NCBI GenBank assembly: GCA_010909165.1 | Contig: MU008162.1 | Location: 1,302,001 to 1,366,000 of the forward strand | Reading direction: 5' to 3' | DNA from: Anthoceros angustus | Lineage: Eukaryota > Plantae > Anthocerotophyta | Length of the DNA: 64,000 nucleotides | Part shown: positions 50,900 to 63,400 of the stretch, piece after piece | How positions within the stretch are numbered: position 1 is the stretch's first letter | Layout of the letters: each line of letters starts with the position of its first letter | Made by a program: the position numbers and the translations under genes | Notes under the pieces: model-generated | Seen by the model: the letters and a program-made list of their open reading frames with translations, nothing else | The model's database searches: none | What the model was told of the DNA's origin: nothing

Positions 50900-53796
50900 A
50901 TGGCCACAATATGGCAACCAGACCCCTTGTGGACCCAAGAAATTGGTGTGAGTACATGGATTCTACGAGGAGCTCCCGCTCACCTCGTCTTGGGGTGTCA
51001 ACCGCTGGCAAACAAAGCCTCCAGGTGCAGCAGTGTAAGAAGCCCAGCACTTCCACTTCCGAGAAAGTGTGAGGGTAGGGAAGGGGTTTCCAGCGATAGC
51101 CTTTGCCAGGAGCAGGAGCGCTTGTGGCAACAATTTTTTCTGGACCCTACCATGTGGCGGGACAACAGACGGGATAAGAAGAGCTCCCGTTCGCCTGACT
51201 ACCGGCATAAGGGGTCCGGCGAGGTGCTGTGGTTAAACAACATGTTTAAGCCAGCTTGGGTTGATGAGCAGCTCATTTCTTTGAATATGCAGATGGGCCA
51301 TGGTGTCTCTCCTTCCAAGTTCAGCTCTCTGGATAAGCCTGAACCTGGTAGCCGTGGAGAGTTGGAAATGGGCGGCGTAACGGCTGGAACCGTGAGCTGG
51401 TTATGTCAGCAGGGGGAGCTTTCTGAGGCCGTTGGAGCCCTGGAATCTCTGGCGCAGACAGACTCAGTTGTTCCTCAGTCTCTGTTATACACTGTGCTAA
51501 AACTGTGTACAGCTAAGAAGGATTTGGTTGTGGGGCGACGAGTTCATAATCTCACTGCCAAACTTGGGTACGAGTCAAGTGCATACTTGGGGAATCATAT
51601 CTTGCGCATGTATGCATGTGGGGGTAGGCTGCAGGAGGCCTTGGATGTTTTCACCAGGGTGGGTAAACCAAATGTCTTCATGTGGGTTTCCATAATTTCT
51701 GCACATGCTAACCACGGGAAACCTAAGGAGGCCATACAACTCTACCATGAGATGCGTAGGTCAGGAGTGAAGGCAGATGCTCACGTCTTTGTAGCTGCCC
51801 TTCAAGCTTGTGCATTGCTGCCGACTTGGAATCTGGCAGAAAAGTGCACTGTGATGTGTGCAGAGTGGCATTCCTACTAACTTGTTTGTTGGCAACTGCC
51901 TGGTGGACATGTATGCAAAATGTGGTGAACTGAAAGATGCACGCCAGGTTTTTGACAGCATGGCACAAAGGATGTGGTGACATGGAATGCCCTGATTGCT
52001 GGGTATGCACAGCAAGGACTCGGCCAAGAGGCGCTTGTGTATGGACAAATGGAGCAGGAGGGCCTCATTTTGGCTGACTTTTTGCTTGCCTTCTGAAGGC
52101 CTGTGCAAGCACTGGTCTCTTACAGAAGGGCAGGCAGCTGCACTCACAGATTGTCAAAAGAGGACTGCTGGATGACGTAGTGGTGGGCAACTGCCTGGTG
52201 GACATGTATGCTAAATGTGGTGAACTGGAAGATGCACGCCAGGTTTTTGAAAGCTTGGTCACAAAGGATGTGGTGACATGGACGGCACTGATTGCTGGGT
52301 ACGCACAGCAAGGACTTGGCCAAGAGGCGCTTGTTCTGTATGGACAAATGGAGCAGGAGGGCCTCATTTTGGCTGACAATGTTACTTTTGCTTGCCTTCT
52401 GAAGGCCTGTGCAAGCACTGGTGCCTTACAGAAGGGCAGGCAGCTGCACTCACAGATTATCAAAAGAGGACTGCTGGATGACGTAGTGGTGGGCACCTGC
52501 CTGGTGGACATGTATGCAAAATGTGGTGAACTGGAAGATGCACGCCAGGTTTTTGACAGCATGAACACAAAGAATGTGGTGACATGGAATGCCCTGATTG
52601 CTGGGTATGCACAGCAAGGGCTCGGGCATGAGGCGCTTGTCATGTATGGACAAATGGAGCAGGAGGGGCTGATTTTAGCTGACCATGTTACTTTTGCTTG
52701 CCTTCTGAAGGCCTGTGCAAGCACTGGTGCCTTACAAAAGGGCAGGCAGTTGCACTCACAGATTGTTGAACGAGGACTGTCGCATCACATAGTGGTGGGC
52801 ACCTGCCTGGTGGACATGTATGCAAAATGTGGTGAATTGGAAGATGCACGTGAGGTTTTTGACAGCATGGCGACAAAGGATGTGGTGACATGGAATGCCC
52901 TCATATCTGGGTACGGTACTTGTGATAAAGGTCACAGGGCACTAGCTTGTTTTGAGGAGATGTTAGTTGCTGGTGTTCAGCCTAATGACGCGACTTTTAC
53001 TTGCCTTTTAGCAGCATGCAGTCATGAGGGGCTGGTCCACGATGGTCATAAGCACTTTGATTCCATGGCTGAACAGCATGGCATCAAACCTGCTATTGAG
53101 CATTACAACTGTATGATTGATCTTCTTGGGCGTGCTGGGCATTTAGATGAGGCAGAGAAGATGCTATTATCATGTGAGGGCCAAAGTAATGTTGTGGGAT
53201 TGACGACTTTGTTGAATGCCTGCAAAAGTCACGGGGATGTAGAGAGGGCGATGTGGTGTTTTCAAAGCATTGTTAGGCTGGTCCCCCAGGAGGCGCCCGC
53301 CTACGTGCTCATGGCCAATGCCTATGCAGATGCAGGTAGGTGGACCGATGTGGACAGGATCGAAACACAGAGAAGGGCAGCAGGAGCTAACAAGAATCCT
53401 GCAGTGGTTAGCATTGAGGTGAATAACGAGGTACACAGATTTCTGGTGGGAGAAAAGAGAAAGGATATTGCGCTTAAGGTAGAGAGCACAAATGCACGTT
53501 TGAAGTACGAAGGAGGCCACGTACCTCACACAAAGTTGGTACTGAAGCCTATGTGTGAGAAGGAAAAGGAAGATGTGCTTTGTGGGCATGCTGAGAAGCT
53601 AGCTCTAGCGTTTGGTCTATTGAACACTCCAAGTGGGACACCTCTGGTGATAACGAAGAATCTACGCATGTGCAGCGACTGCCACAGTTCCACGGAGATC
53701 ATGTCAAGGCTTGAACAGAGGGACATTGTTGTAAGGGATGGTTACCGTGTGCATCGATTCGCAGCTGGTTGTTGCAGTTGTAAGGGTCGACCTTGA
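50900..53796 (+). CDS. PLS-class PPR-E-DYW:KP (GRP type) organellar RNA-editing factor with an N-terminal OSB-type PDF motif; frameshifted at ~51815-52090 (pseudogene or assembly error)
   Basis: ORF 50900-51880 (PDF-like motif plus the first PPRs) and ORF 52180-53796 (PLS triplets, P2L2S2, E1/E2, NPAVVSIEV...HAEKLALA...CSDC...CSCKGRP*) join into one collinear array after correcting -1, -1, -1, -3 and -7 nt lesions. Confidence 0.9.
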
Positions 53797-54131
53797 GAAT
53801 AGTGAAGAAGTAGCCAGTGCTTTTGTGCGAGAGATGCCCGCGGTTATGAATGCGTCTGAGCACTTGAACGTGTCCAATGGGTTGATGTCCCGTTTGCGGG
53901 TTTGCTAGCGTGTGTGAACTGTGAAGGACTTTTGTGCTTCCAAGAACACGAGGCCACCGGTGCGCCCAACGAGATTGGCTAGGTAGTACAGAAGCAAATA
54001 GCTAGGAAAGAAGCAAGTACCGGTATCCTAGACCATATAGAATGTCATGAATAGTGTTGCGGTTGTGTTGTTTGCATGAGACAATCGGTTGTTCGCAAGA
54101 CAGTTGACTTCATTAACCAGGTGCAGCTCGA

Positions 54132-57100
54132 TCATATGATGCCTTTGCTCTTCAAAAAGGCTTCCTCAGAGGGTTCTCTACCCAAAAAATTCTTTATAAT
54201 CTGGGCAGCATCAATCTGTGCTCCAGGAGCTAGTACCTGGAATGGAACACGAACAGGATAATCAGTCCCTCGTCCTATATTGTGCAAATGCAGTTTTCTG
54301 ACGCCGAGCCTATTCATAAACGAGCAGGAATGAACCTTTTCTCTGTACTCCCGTCCGGCTGCGGTGCTAAGGACATTACCCTTGAATTTTGCGTCAAACA
54401 TGTCAGCAGAGAAAACCTGCAAAACGGATGCCCCGCAGTTAGGATCTGAAGGGTAGGATGCGCAGAACGTTATCAAGGTCATGATGTGTGCTGCCCTCAC
54501 CTCACTCCACAGGTACCCGTAATAGGCAGCATCATAACCACCAACCAAGTGACTGAAGGAAGCACTGAAGTTAGTTCCTTCTTCAAGTGGAATACCCTCC
54601 ATTACCTGCCACGTCATTTGGAGCCTCAGCGATAGCATATGAGGCCACCCATACTTGCGACAATCAAAACATGACATGATCCTCTAAAACTTCAGTGGAC
54701 ATACATCTACCTGTGGATGCAGTTCTCTAAGGATAGCTGTGGTGTCTGCCTGCTCAGAGGTATGAATGGCTTGGTCAAGGAGGCCTGTCCATGCAAGAAC
54801 GGAAATACCTCAAATCTCACAGATTTCAGACGTGTCACGCTGGAATAACGAAGCAGTTGTGCTCTACACTAGAATAGCATGAAAAGAGTCAGTTGCAGGC
54901 CAAGCATAAGAACACACCAAAAAGCAGTTGTCTCTTAGTTAATAGCCCAGCATGCGCTCTCTTCTTTGCCATCAAGGCATCACATATTGCATCTGGAACA
55001 GGTTGCTTGATATCCTGCAATAGGCAAGGGAGTTACAAGTCAAGATGTGAAAACACCCGTCACATGACTCTTTCTAAGTTACTCATCCAGTACGGCACAA
55101 AATGGCCAGAAAAGCGGTCGAGATGCATGCCTTGTAGAAGCCACTCATAAGCTTCAGCGAGTCCTTTTCCACGCACCTGGGAGCCAGAAACTTTAGACCC
55201 ATTCTAGAGAGGTTTTACAACAACATACTGACACAGCAGACAAAGCATTGTCACCAGTTTTCCAACATCTGGCTGGGAGCTTCAACAAAGTCGTCTTCAA
55301 CTCTAAGGCCAGAAAAGCGTGAAAATGAAGACCGGCTGCAGAGGTGATGCATCTGCAAACATGCTTACAATTAAGGTTGAAGCAATCCTTCCACAAGCAA
55401 GAGCTGTAGATCTGGTGGCTTACAAGGCCATGTGAAAACATGAGTCGCAAATCTCTAACACACGAGGAACATACCAGATGTCCGAACTCATGGAAGTAAG
55501 TCTCCACCTCAGAATGTCCGAGCAATGATGGTTTCCCTTTGCTTGGTTTAGGAAAGTTTGCAAGCATGGCACCTACTGGCAACTGCAGAAAGTACAGACA
55601 ACGTAAAGGACAGCAGATTGTAAACTGCAGCTTTCCCAACCTCACACAATCAGAGAAAGTAGCACAGAGGTAAAGATGCCTGACATACCATTCGCTCCCC
55701 ACTTTCCTGCACACAACCAGGTTGCAATGAACAGACACAGGCATGGCCATACTTCCCCTCACTGTTCAGATGGAGGCAACATGTCAGTGCTTCTGAATAG
55801 ACACACTTGACGATGGTTATTCATTCAAATGACAAGCCAAACCTACCGAGGATAGAGGTCAAGGTAGAAATATCCCATTAGCTCCCCCGTACCAGAATCA
55901 GAAACAGAGAACAACCGGACTTCTGGATGCCAAACCTTTGGATGACTCATTACTGAGAATCTCAAGCCTGCAAAGCCCATGGTACACTACTTTCAATCTA
56001 ACAGCAAGAACTCTTTGTCGTAGTGAAAACGAAGTGACGTCATCATGCCAAAATATCAAGAGGACATTCATACCAAGAAGGTCTTGGTATATTTTCAAAA
56101 GGCCGTGAGTCACAACTTCCATGGGAAAGTACTCCTTGACTTTCTCATAGTCCACCTGAAACTCGATCTCTTCAGCTCTACGCATATAATATCGCAGATC
56201 TGCCATTCCAAAGCTGTCATGACCTTCCTCTTCTTTCTGCACAGAGTGACTGCTCGTTTGAGACCATCTAACACTGTAAAAAAATTGGTCTACTTGCCTT
56301 CAACAACATAGAAGATGCTTCTTCACGGTGTTGGGTGAGAACCTTCAGTGCTTTGAGTACTTGCAGCTCCTTGTTGGCCAGGATTGAGATCCTACTTGAA
56401 ACACTTTCCAAAAACTCTTTCACCTGTTCAGCATTAGACCATAAATGTATATATGAGGACATTGCAAACTTCTGATAAGAGTGCAATATACTGCCAAGCA
56501 CTGCCAGTCACAGCTCACACTCAGATACAAAAGAGTAGCCTGTGCCAGATGCAGCACGTCTTTCCAATGCATCACCTTTTCTGGTGTCTTTGCCATTCGG
56601 ATTGCTATGGAATATTCTGCATGATTATTGTAACCCAACAATTTGGCCATCTCATGTCTCATCTCGACCTGCATCACCATTGAGGTCAGTACAACGCGAG
56701 TCATCTAGTAAAGCATGAGTATCATGCATAAGGAGAACAACCTAGGCCAACCAGATATTGCAGGACAGGCCTGGAAAGTGCTTACCACTCTTTCTAGAAT
56801 TGGTAGATTTTCTTTCAAACATCTCCGATCGAAAGCACAGGACACTTCTCTCCTTGTGGCACTCACCTGTTGCAGTACACAGGGACATTAAAACAGGGAA
56901 AGCATGTAGGGCAGAGTGAGATTCTTGAGGGAACGCAGCGATATTCCTAAAATGCCTGGTTGTAACATAAACAAATCAAAGAGATGACCTTGCATTGCTC
57001 CATGATGGGAAAGTAATGAGGATACTTCAAGCTGACTTCCAGCTTCCCATCTTTCGTTCGATTGAGCTCCTAAACAAAGAGGCAACGAGGCCCATAAGGT

Positions 57101-58645
57101 TTACAACAGAAGAAATAGAGATCTTATTGCTCAAGAGATGCAAAATGCAACTGGAAACTGTGAGGCTTGCAGACCTTGATGAAATCAGCAGGCATTCCTG
57201 CCAGCTTATCTTCGGCAAAGAGAAGCACCGTGTTGTCTTCATTGAGATTTTGCTGAAAGCGAATACAGCTTTCTCCAATACTCGTCTTCAGCTGTTCTAC
57301 CCTTTCTCTGGTTTCCTTGCTTAGACTCAGACCGAGTCTCTCGTAGTCTCTAACCTTAACAGGCAACGATATATCTTAACATACACACTTGAGAACTCAT
57401 ATCTTTGGATGAAATTAGCATTTTGGGGGGTCAACCCCAAATAAAGAGGGATATCTGGCTCCGAATACTGACCAGGCGATCAACAAAGCGCTGAGCTTCC
57501 GGCATCAGCTTGATCTTCTTCTGAGAGAACGCCTTAACCACACGATAGACATCCTCACGCATACTGCAGCAACCCAACAAGGATGGACTTCAGTAGTATT
57601 CCCAACTCAGCACTTAACTCATTGTTCTTGCTACTTTTCACATAATTGGGGCACAACCTGCACTTCACATTGTAGGCATCGATCTTCTTCTCTGCCTCTG
57701 AGCTGGCATCTCGAACATCCTTCAAGACAGCAACTAGTCCAGGAAATACACAGCCTTGAATCTGGGCAAACTCTTCATTTTCCAGGTTCGCCAAAGGAGC
57801 GATCACATTTGCATATGATACCTGCATGAAGAGTAAGCACCCCACCCTCCTTTCAACTGTCACGCCTGAAAAACTCAAACAATCTTAAATCCAAACCGGC
57901 AACAACAATCATACCTGATCAAGTGGCACAGCTGCAACAGCGTCATGGACTCTCTGTGATCGTGCAATCACCTCATCAGCCTGATCCCAGATCTCTTCTG
58001 GACTCAGATTGATTGGGAAGACAATGCCAGGCGGTACACCTGCAAGGCCACAACGGTAACCTGAAAAGAAAGTTCCGCTCATGTAATCATAACTTCAGTG
58101 TTGACATACTTAGATAGCCACCCTGCGGTGCAAACACCCAGTTTCCTCATCTGAAGGGCGCAGACAATCTTCACACTTCACTCACGAGCAAGGCAGACAC
58201 GAGACAGTTCACAAGATGCAGATTGCTGCAGCCTAGGACTTCCAGCCCAATCCTGGAAGAAGAGTGGGACACCCTCAAATTACAAACGTGTCCACTAACA
58301 GATTCACTCACCTTCATCCTACATTAACAGGCCGGTTCCGGTAACACACACGAGAGACAAGACAGTCCATGGCATTTTGGCCAGCGCAGCTCCAAAAAGC
58401 AGCATGCAATTATTCTCTACAGAATACAATCCGAAAACTCAACCACCGAACACAGTGGAGCTCCCACCACTGGCTCAGACCTTGTCCACTGAAGTGTGCA
58501 AGCAGCCAACGGGATGCTCACCTCGGTCTCCCCTGCGCAGGAAGTCGATGAGAAGCTTGGCAGCAACAGCAAATCCTGCTGCAGCTCCCAGCAGTGCCAG
58601 CAGCGTCCGCTGCCGAAGGCTCTCCTCCTGCTGCTTCTTGTTCAT
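54132..58645 (-). CDS. M3-family zinc metallopeptidase (thimet oligopeptidase-like) with an N-terminal hydrophobic anchor, many exons
   Basis: [59 protein letters not shown] (HExxH), [36 protein letters not shown]. Confidence 0.92.
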
Positions 58646-59085
58646 GATGCCTACTCTACTATGTCTCCTTACTGTGTCTTCTTCCCGCGCTGTTGTATTG
58701 CGTCATCAGGCGGGCCACACTTCTGATTGCCTGCTTCTCAGGCACAGCAAGATATGTCGTCGCTGCCGCCGCCACATCGATACCGGTCTGCCTGTTTTCT
58801 GCAGATTGCAAGGTGTCTTAACAGACGCCGAGATTCACAGGCATCACATTCCCGGAAGGGCGATGGAATTCATCAGATTTGGCACATACGAGTTTGGTTG
58901 GATTGCGGAGCGACAGGAAGGCGAATCTGGAGTTCGGATCGGTAGGAGCATAGTCTTCGCTCGCCGATGCGAGCCTGATCCAAGTGAGTGTTCTTGGCAG
59001 CAGAGCGTTATTCGCAACAATTTTAATTCGATTTGTTCACCCAAAATGATGATTTCATCGTTGGATGCTTCCTTCCTCTTCAGGG

Positions 59086-62000
59086 CTATGCGTGGAAATC
59101 CAGGCCGGACCCATACTGCCATGCCTCAAATCGTCTGTTCCAGACGTACTGGTCCTCTTTGGAGAGGGAACTGACCCAGGGCCTGGCAAAGTGGAGATGA
59201 CCACGATAAGGACGACAGAGTGACAGGCTGCAGAGAGTTACATCATCAGTTGAAGGTCTTGCGAGTCCTTCATCGATAGTGAGCTTACCGCAACGCAGGT
59301 GTGACTGCAGAGCTTAGGAAGGTGTATGCACCCAGTCCCATGAAATGCACCAACCAATCCACCAGTGGTACTGGCCCGATCTGCAGGCAAGGTATCAGGA
59401 TCTGGGTCTGGGAGACCACGTGTGATGGGAAGGAAGACCTACTGACAGGGTGCAAGTAAAAGTCACCTCGGAAAAGATCTCTGGTAGAATTTGAGGCCTG
59501 CTGATCACCATCGAGCCCATGACCTTAGCCAATGCCCAGAACTGCGTGACATCCTGGTTGGCGGGAGGAGGCCACGCAGGTGAAGATGCGTGAACATGGC
59601 TTCATGGCAGAGATGATCACTCACAAAAGTTAACTAACGTTTGAAGGGCACCTGGAGAAATGGCCTTATAACTGGGTCGCCAAGCTTCTGGAAGAACACA
59701 GACAATCAAGTCAGAGTCAGGGCTTGAAGATGGTCCCAGGAACCCTGCTATAGTGGAGATTCAGACGGTTTGCCCAACCTGCATGCTTTGGAAGTTGGCT
59801 GACAGAAGGTCGTTGATGAACTCTGGACGAGGGCTCCTTCCTGGACGTACAGACATGGCCCTTTGCAACAGCCACGCTCCGCTCAAGTTGGGCTGGAGAG
59901 ATACAGAGTGTTGGGTACTTCCATACTTCTCATCGACGTTACGTGCCTCAGCAATGACCTAGGGTTTGATACATGCATGTACAAAATGCAAGCTGTTGGA
60001 CATACCTGATAGGAGTTAATTAGTGCGAGGCTTTCCCTGTCAAGGAAGTCTCCTTCAAGGGCTTCTTGCAGTCCTGGATAGAACACATCGTTCCAGCTAT
60101 TCATAAGGAAAATTCAGATGCATCAACTTACTGACAGTATGACGTGTATCAATCGAGTGAGACCTACCAAAGCTTAATCTTTTCAAGTGACGAGTAATAG
60201 CACCAAATCCCCCAAAAGAAATTGGTGACTGGATCCCACTTGCATCTCCAATCTGCATGGCAAGGTCCTTGAAGATGTCATTGTGCAGAGAGAGCTTCAA
60301 ACCTTACTTGAAAATTTTCGGAGTTTATACCTGCAAAACTCGGTCGAAGGCAGGTTTCAATGGGCTGCAGCCAGCACACAGGATAAGAGAGGTGTCAAGC
60401 TAGAAGAAACTCAAAGTCTTTCCAATACAAGGTACCATTACCTGGACCGATACGTAGGAAAGACACCGAAAAGTACTCTAAGGATCTCCACATCCTCAAG
60501 CTTGATACCCTGCAGATACTGCAAACTGTCAGAAAGCTTGCCATCAGTTTCCATGGCCCAAGATATTCATTGAAGCCTTCCCCAACCTGATATTTAGGCA
60601 TTGATTCCCAATAATCCTCCAAGAGATCTTCTAGAGATGGACGATCAGGAGTTGCATCCAAGTATGTGAACATGTAAGTGGTCCGATCCGTAGGCCCAGA
60701 ACCAGAGGGAAATGCCTGTTCCGAATCAAGTTAACCTCTCCCTGACAATGCTAGTTGATGATCAATCGAAGTTGTTCGACCCAAGAGTCGCAAAAAGTTC
60801 GCTCACCTCCCAAAAGTACTGAACCTTGGACTTGCCAACATCTCTGACCGGAGAATCAGAGTAAATCACATCACTGGAAGAATTGTTTTGAAAACCCCGG
60901 GCACAAGTACCAACCACAAGACAAACCCCATCTGGACTCTGTCCCCACCTAATCTGGCCAGAGTTCCCACCAGACCTCCAATCAGACATACTTGATAACC
61001 TACGGAAGGAACAGCAACAGAAACACAGTCTGAACTGTCGCACGCAGTCACCGCACCTGGCCAACAATCGGGGAGTAGTTTCCCATGGCATCAATAACAA
61101 GTCGAGAAACCACCCTGTCTCCATTCTCCAGCGACAATATCTGCCTCACAAAACAAAGACAAAGGGTCATGAGGCCGGCATACCGCAATCTCACAAACTT
61201 GGACCACATACAGAAGAGCCAATCTGCTACGGATTCAGCAAGCACGCAAGCACCTCACCGTGCCATCATCGAACACATCTAATTTGGTAAACCCCGTGCC
61301 CTCAATAAGCATACCTCCAGTCCTCAAAAACCGTTGTTTCACCGTCTCTATCAGCTTTTCAGGCCTGCCAAGTCCCAAACAGTCAAAGGCCAGTTCCATC
61401 ACCCCTGCCAATCAAGACAGCAAACTTGCTACACAACCATGGCCATCGTCAAAGAACTCACGAAACTCCCAAATTCAATATGTCTCTAACCCACACCTCC
61501 GTGCCATCATAGAACCCACACCGGTTCTGCAGTGCAACTACATGGCATCAGTTACAGAACAGAACTCCCGTCTCATCCACCACTCTTACCAGTAGCCATT
61601 CCTTCCAAACAGACTCCTTCATCACCGAGTTCCTGAGACAGACGAATACTCACTGGATTGAACTCAATGTTGATGACCTTCTCAGCCTCAGGTCCAGTTA
61701 GCACACCTGACTCCACAAGCTCGTACAGCTCCTTCCTGGATATATTCCACTCTTGAACTCTCTGTTCCCCGACAATGCAACCCAACCCAACCCAACCCAA
61801 ACCAAGCCGTCCTCAAACCACACCCAGCAGCAAAACAGTGCTGTAATCCTAAAACGCCAACATGCTACACAAAACCACGACTCACGACCCACACACCCCT
61901 CGAAGCACGCCCTTCTCCACGACTCCCACCCGGAGCCCCTTGAGGGCCAGGGCTGTGGCAACGAAAATGCCCAACGTTCCTCCGCACACCACAACATCTA

Positions 62001-62531
62001 GCACCCTGGAGCTCCTTTCCGCCATCCCCGACTCCCTCCAGGAGCCCCGCCGCCTGCCCACAACCTCAGGTGCGGGCCCATTCCCGGATTCACTCCCGGG
62101 CTCACTCCCCTGCCGCAGTAGAAGCCACTGCTCGTCCATCCTCCTCAAGGCCTGGTACGACATGCTTCCTCCAGCCCTGCCAGCCTCCACACCGCCGCTC
62201 ACGCCCTCCATGATCCGCTGCAAAATGCGCCCACCTCACAAAATCAACCAATCATCACAATCCAGCTCTACCCAATCCCCCCCCACCCCGCCGTCCCAGC
62301 ACCCACCTGCGTCCGAGTCGTGGAAAACGCTTCTTCCACGACCCCGCACCGGGGAGCCTCCCACCCGCTCCGCCCCGGTGCCACATTCCTGAACCCGCCA
62401 GCCAGGCCCAGCATTCCCCGTCCCAAAACTCCGCCCACAACCTCCAATTTGCACAATCTCGCAGGACAAAGCTTGAGGCCCAGGTGCGGGGCCGGGGCGG
62501 CCGAGCTGCTCAGGCAGCTCCTCACCTCCAT
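59086..62531 (-). CDS. CruP: CruP-like FAD-dependent oxidoreductase (lycopene cyclase paralogue), plastid-targeted, multi-exon
   Basis: RTQRIMEG..GGSMSYQALRRMD, DVVVCGGTLGIF, REQEWNISRKEL, GDASGIQSPISFGGFG; ends WQYGSGLDFHA*. The start at 62531 is inferred from a transit-peptide-like exon. Confidence 0.85.
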
Positions 62532-62792
62532 CTCCAAAGCACCAACCTGCCAAGATTTACACAACGTTCCCACCACGGTCCCCCCGACGCCCAAGGCCTT
62601 CATCTCGCCCAGCTCGCAGCTGCATCCACCACAGCTCGAAGATCAGGAAGCAGGCCAGGCCTGGTTCTGCCACTCGGGTTACCCTGACTCGGGGCTCGAG
62701 TTACTCCAACCTGGGCCTATAACCCGGGTTATTACCTTCCCAGGTTAGTTCCACCTCTGATTTCTCGGTAGACTGTTTCCGGCCCCCAGGCG

Positions 62793-62827
62793 TCTATATA
62801 TGCAAGCCCTAGCGGAGTGTAGGGTTT
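62793..62827 (+). promoter_or_regulatory. TATA-like box and telo-box upstream of RPS14
   Basis: tctatatat at ~62793 and TAGGGTTT (reverse telo-box) at 62820-62827. A (GAGC)n run lies in the 5' leader at 62886-62909. Confidence 0.6.
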
Positions 62828-62944
62828 CTCAGAGAAGACCGGCCTTCCAGCTCGAGCGAGGTCTTTGGCGCCTGGCTATCTTCTGAGCGAGCGAGCGAGC
62901 GAGCGAGCAGCTGCCGCGCACGAGGAGAAGGATCGTCGGCCACC

Positions 62945-63400
62945 ATGTCGGGGAAGAAAAAGGTTCGCGAGGTGAAGGAGGAGAATGTGACGTTGGGCCC
63001 GACGGTTCGGGAAGGGGAGCATGTCTTCGGCGTGGCGCACATCTTCGCCTCCTTCAATGACACCTTCGTGCACGTGACGGACTTGTCCGGGAAGGAGACC
63101 ATAGCCCGCGTCACCGGCGGGATGAAGGTGAAGGCGGACAGGGATGAGGCGTCGCCGTACGCGGCTATGCTTGCCGCGCAGGATGTGGCGCAGAGGTGCA
63201 AGGAGCTCGGCCTGACGGCGCTGCACATCAAGCTCAGGGCCACAGGCGGGAACAAGACCAAGACGCCTGGCCCCGGTGCGCAGTCCGCTCTGCGTGCGCT
63301 TGCCCGATCTGGAATGAGAATCGGACGGATTGAGGATGTGACGCCTATTCCCACGGACAGCACCAGGAGAAAGGGAGGGCGCAGGGGTCGTCGTTTGTAG
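62945..63400 (+). CDS. RPS14: 40S ribosomal protein S14 (uS11), single exon
   Basis: [64 protein letters not shown]. Confidence 0.97.
   Translation: MSGKKKVREVKEENVTLGPTVREGEHVFGVAHIFASFNDTFVHVTDLSGKETIARVTGGMKVKADRDEASPYAAMLAAQDVAQRCKELGLTALHIKLRATGGNKTKTPGPGAQSALRALARSGMRIGRIEDVTPIPTDSTRRKGGRRGRRL

Noticed and set aside
58377-59174. 265-aa plus-strand ORF between the peptidase and CruP
   Set aside because: It overlaps the peptidase first exon and the CruP last exon in antisense, with no recognisable domain.
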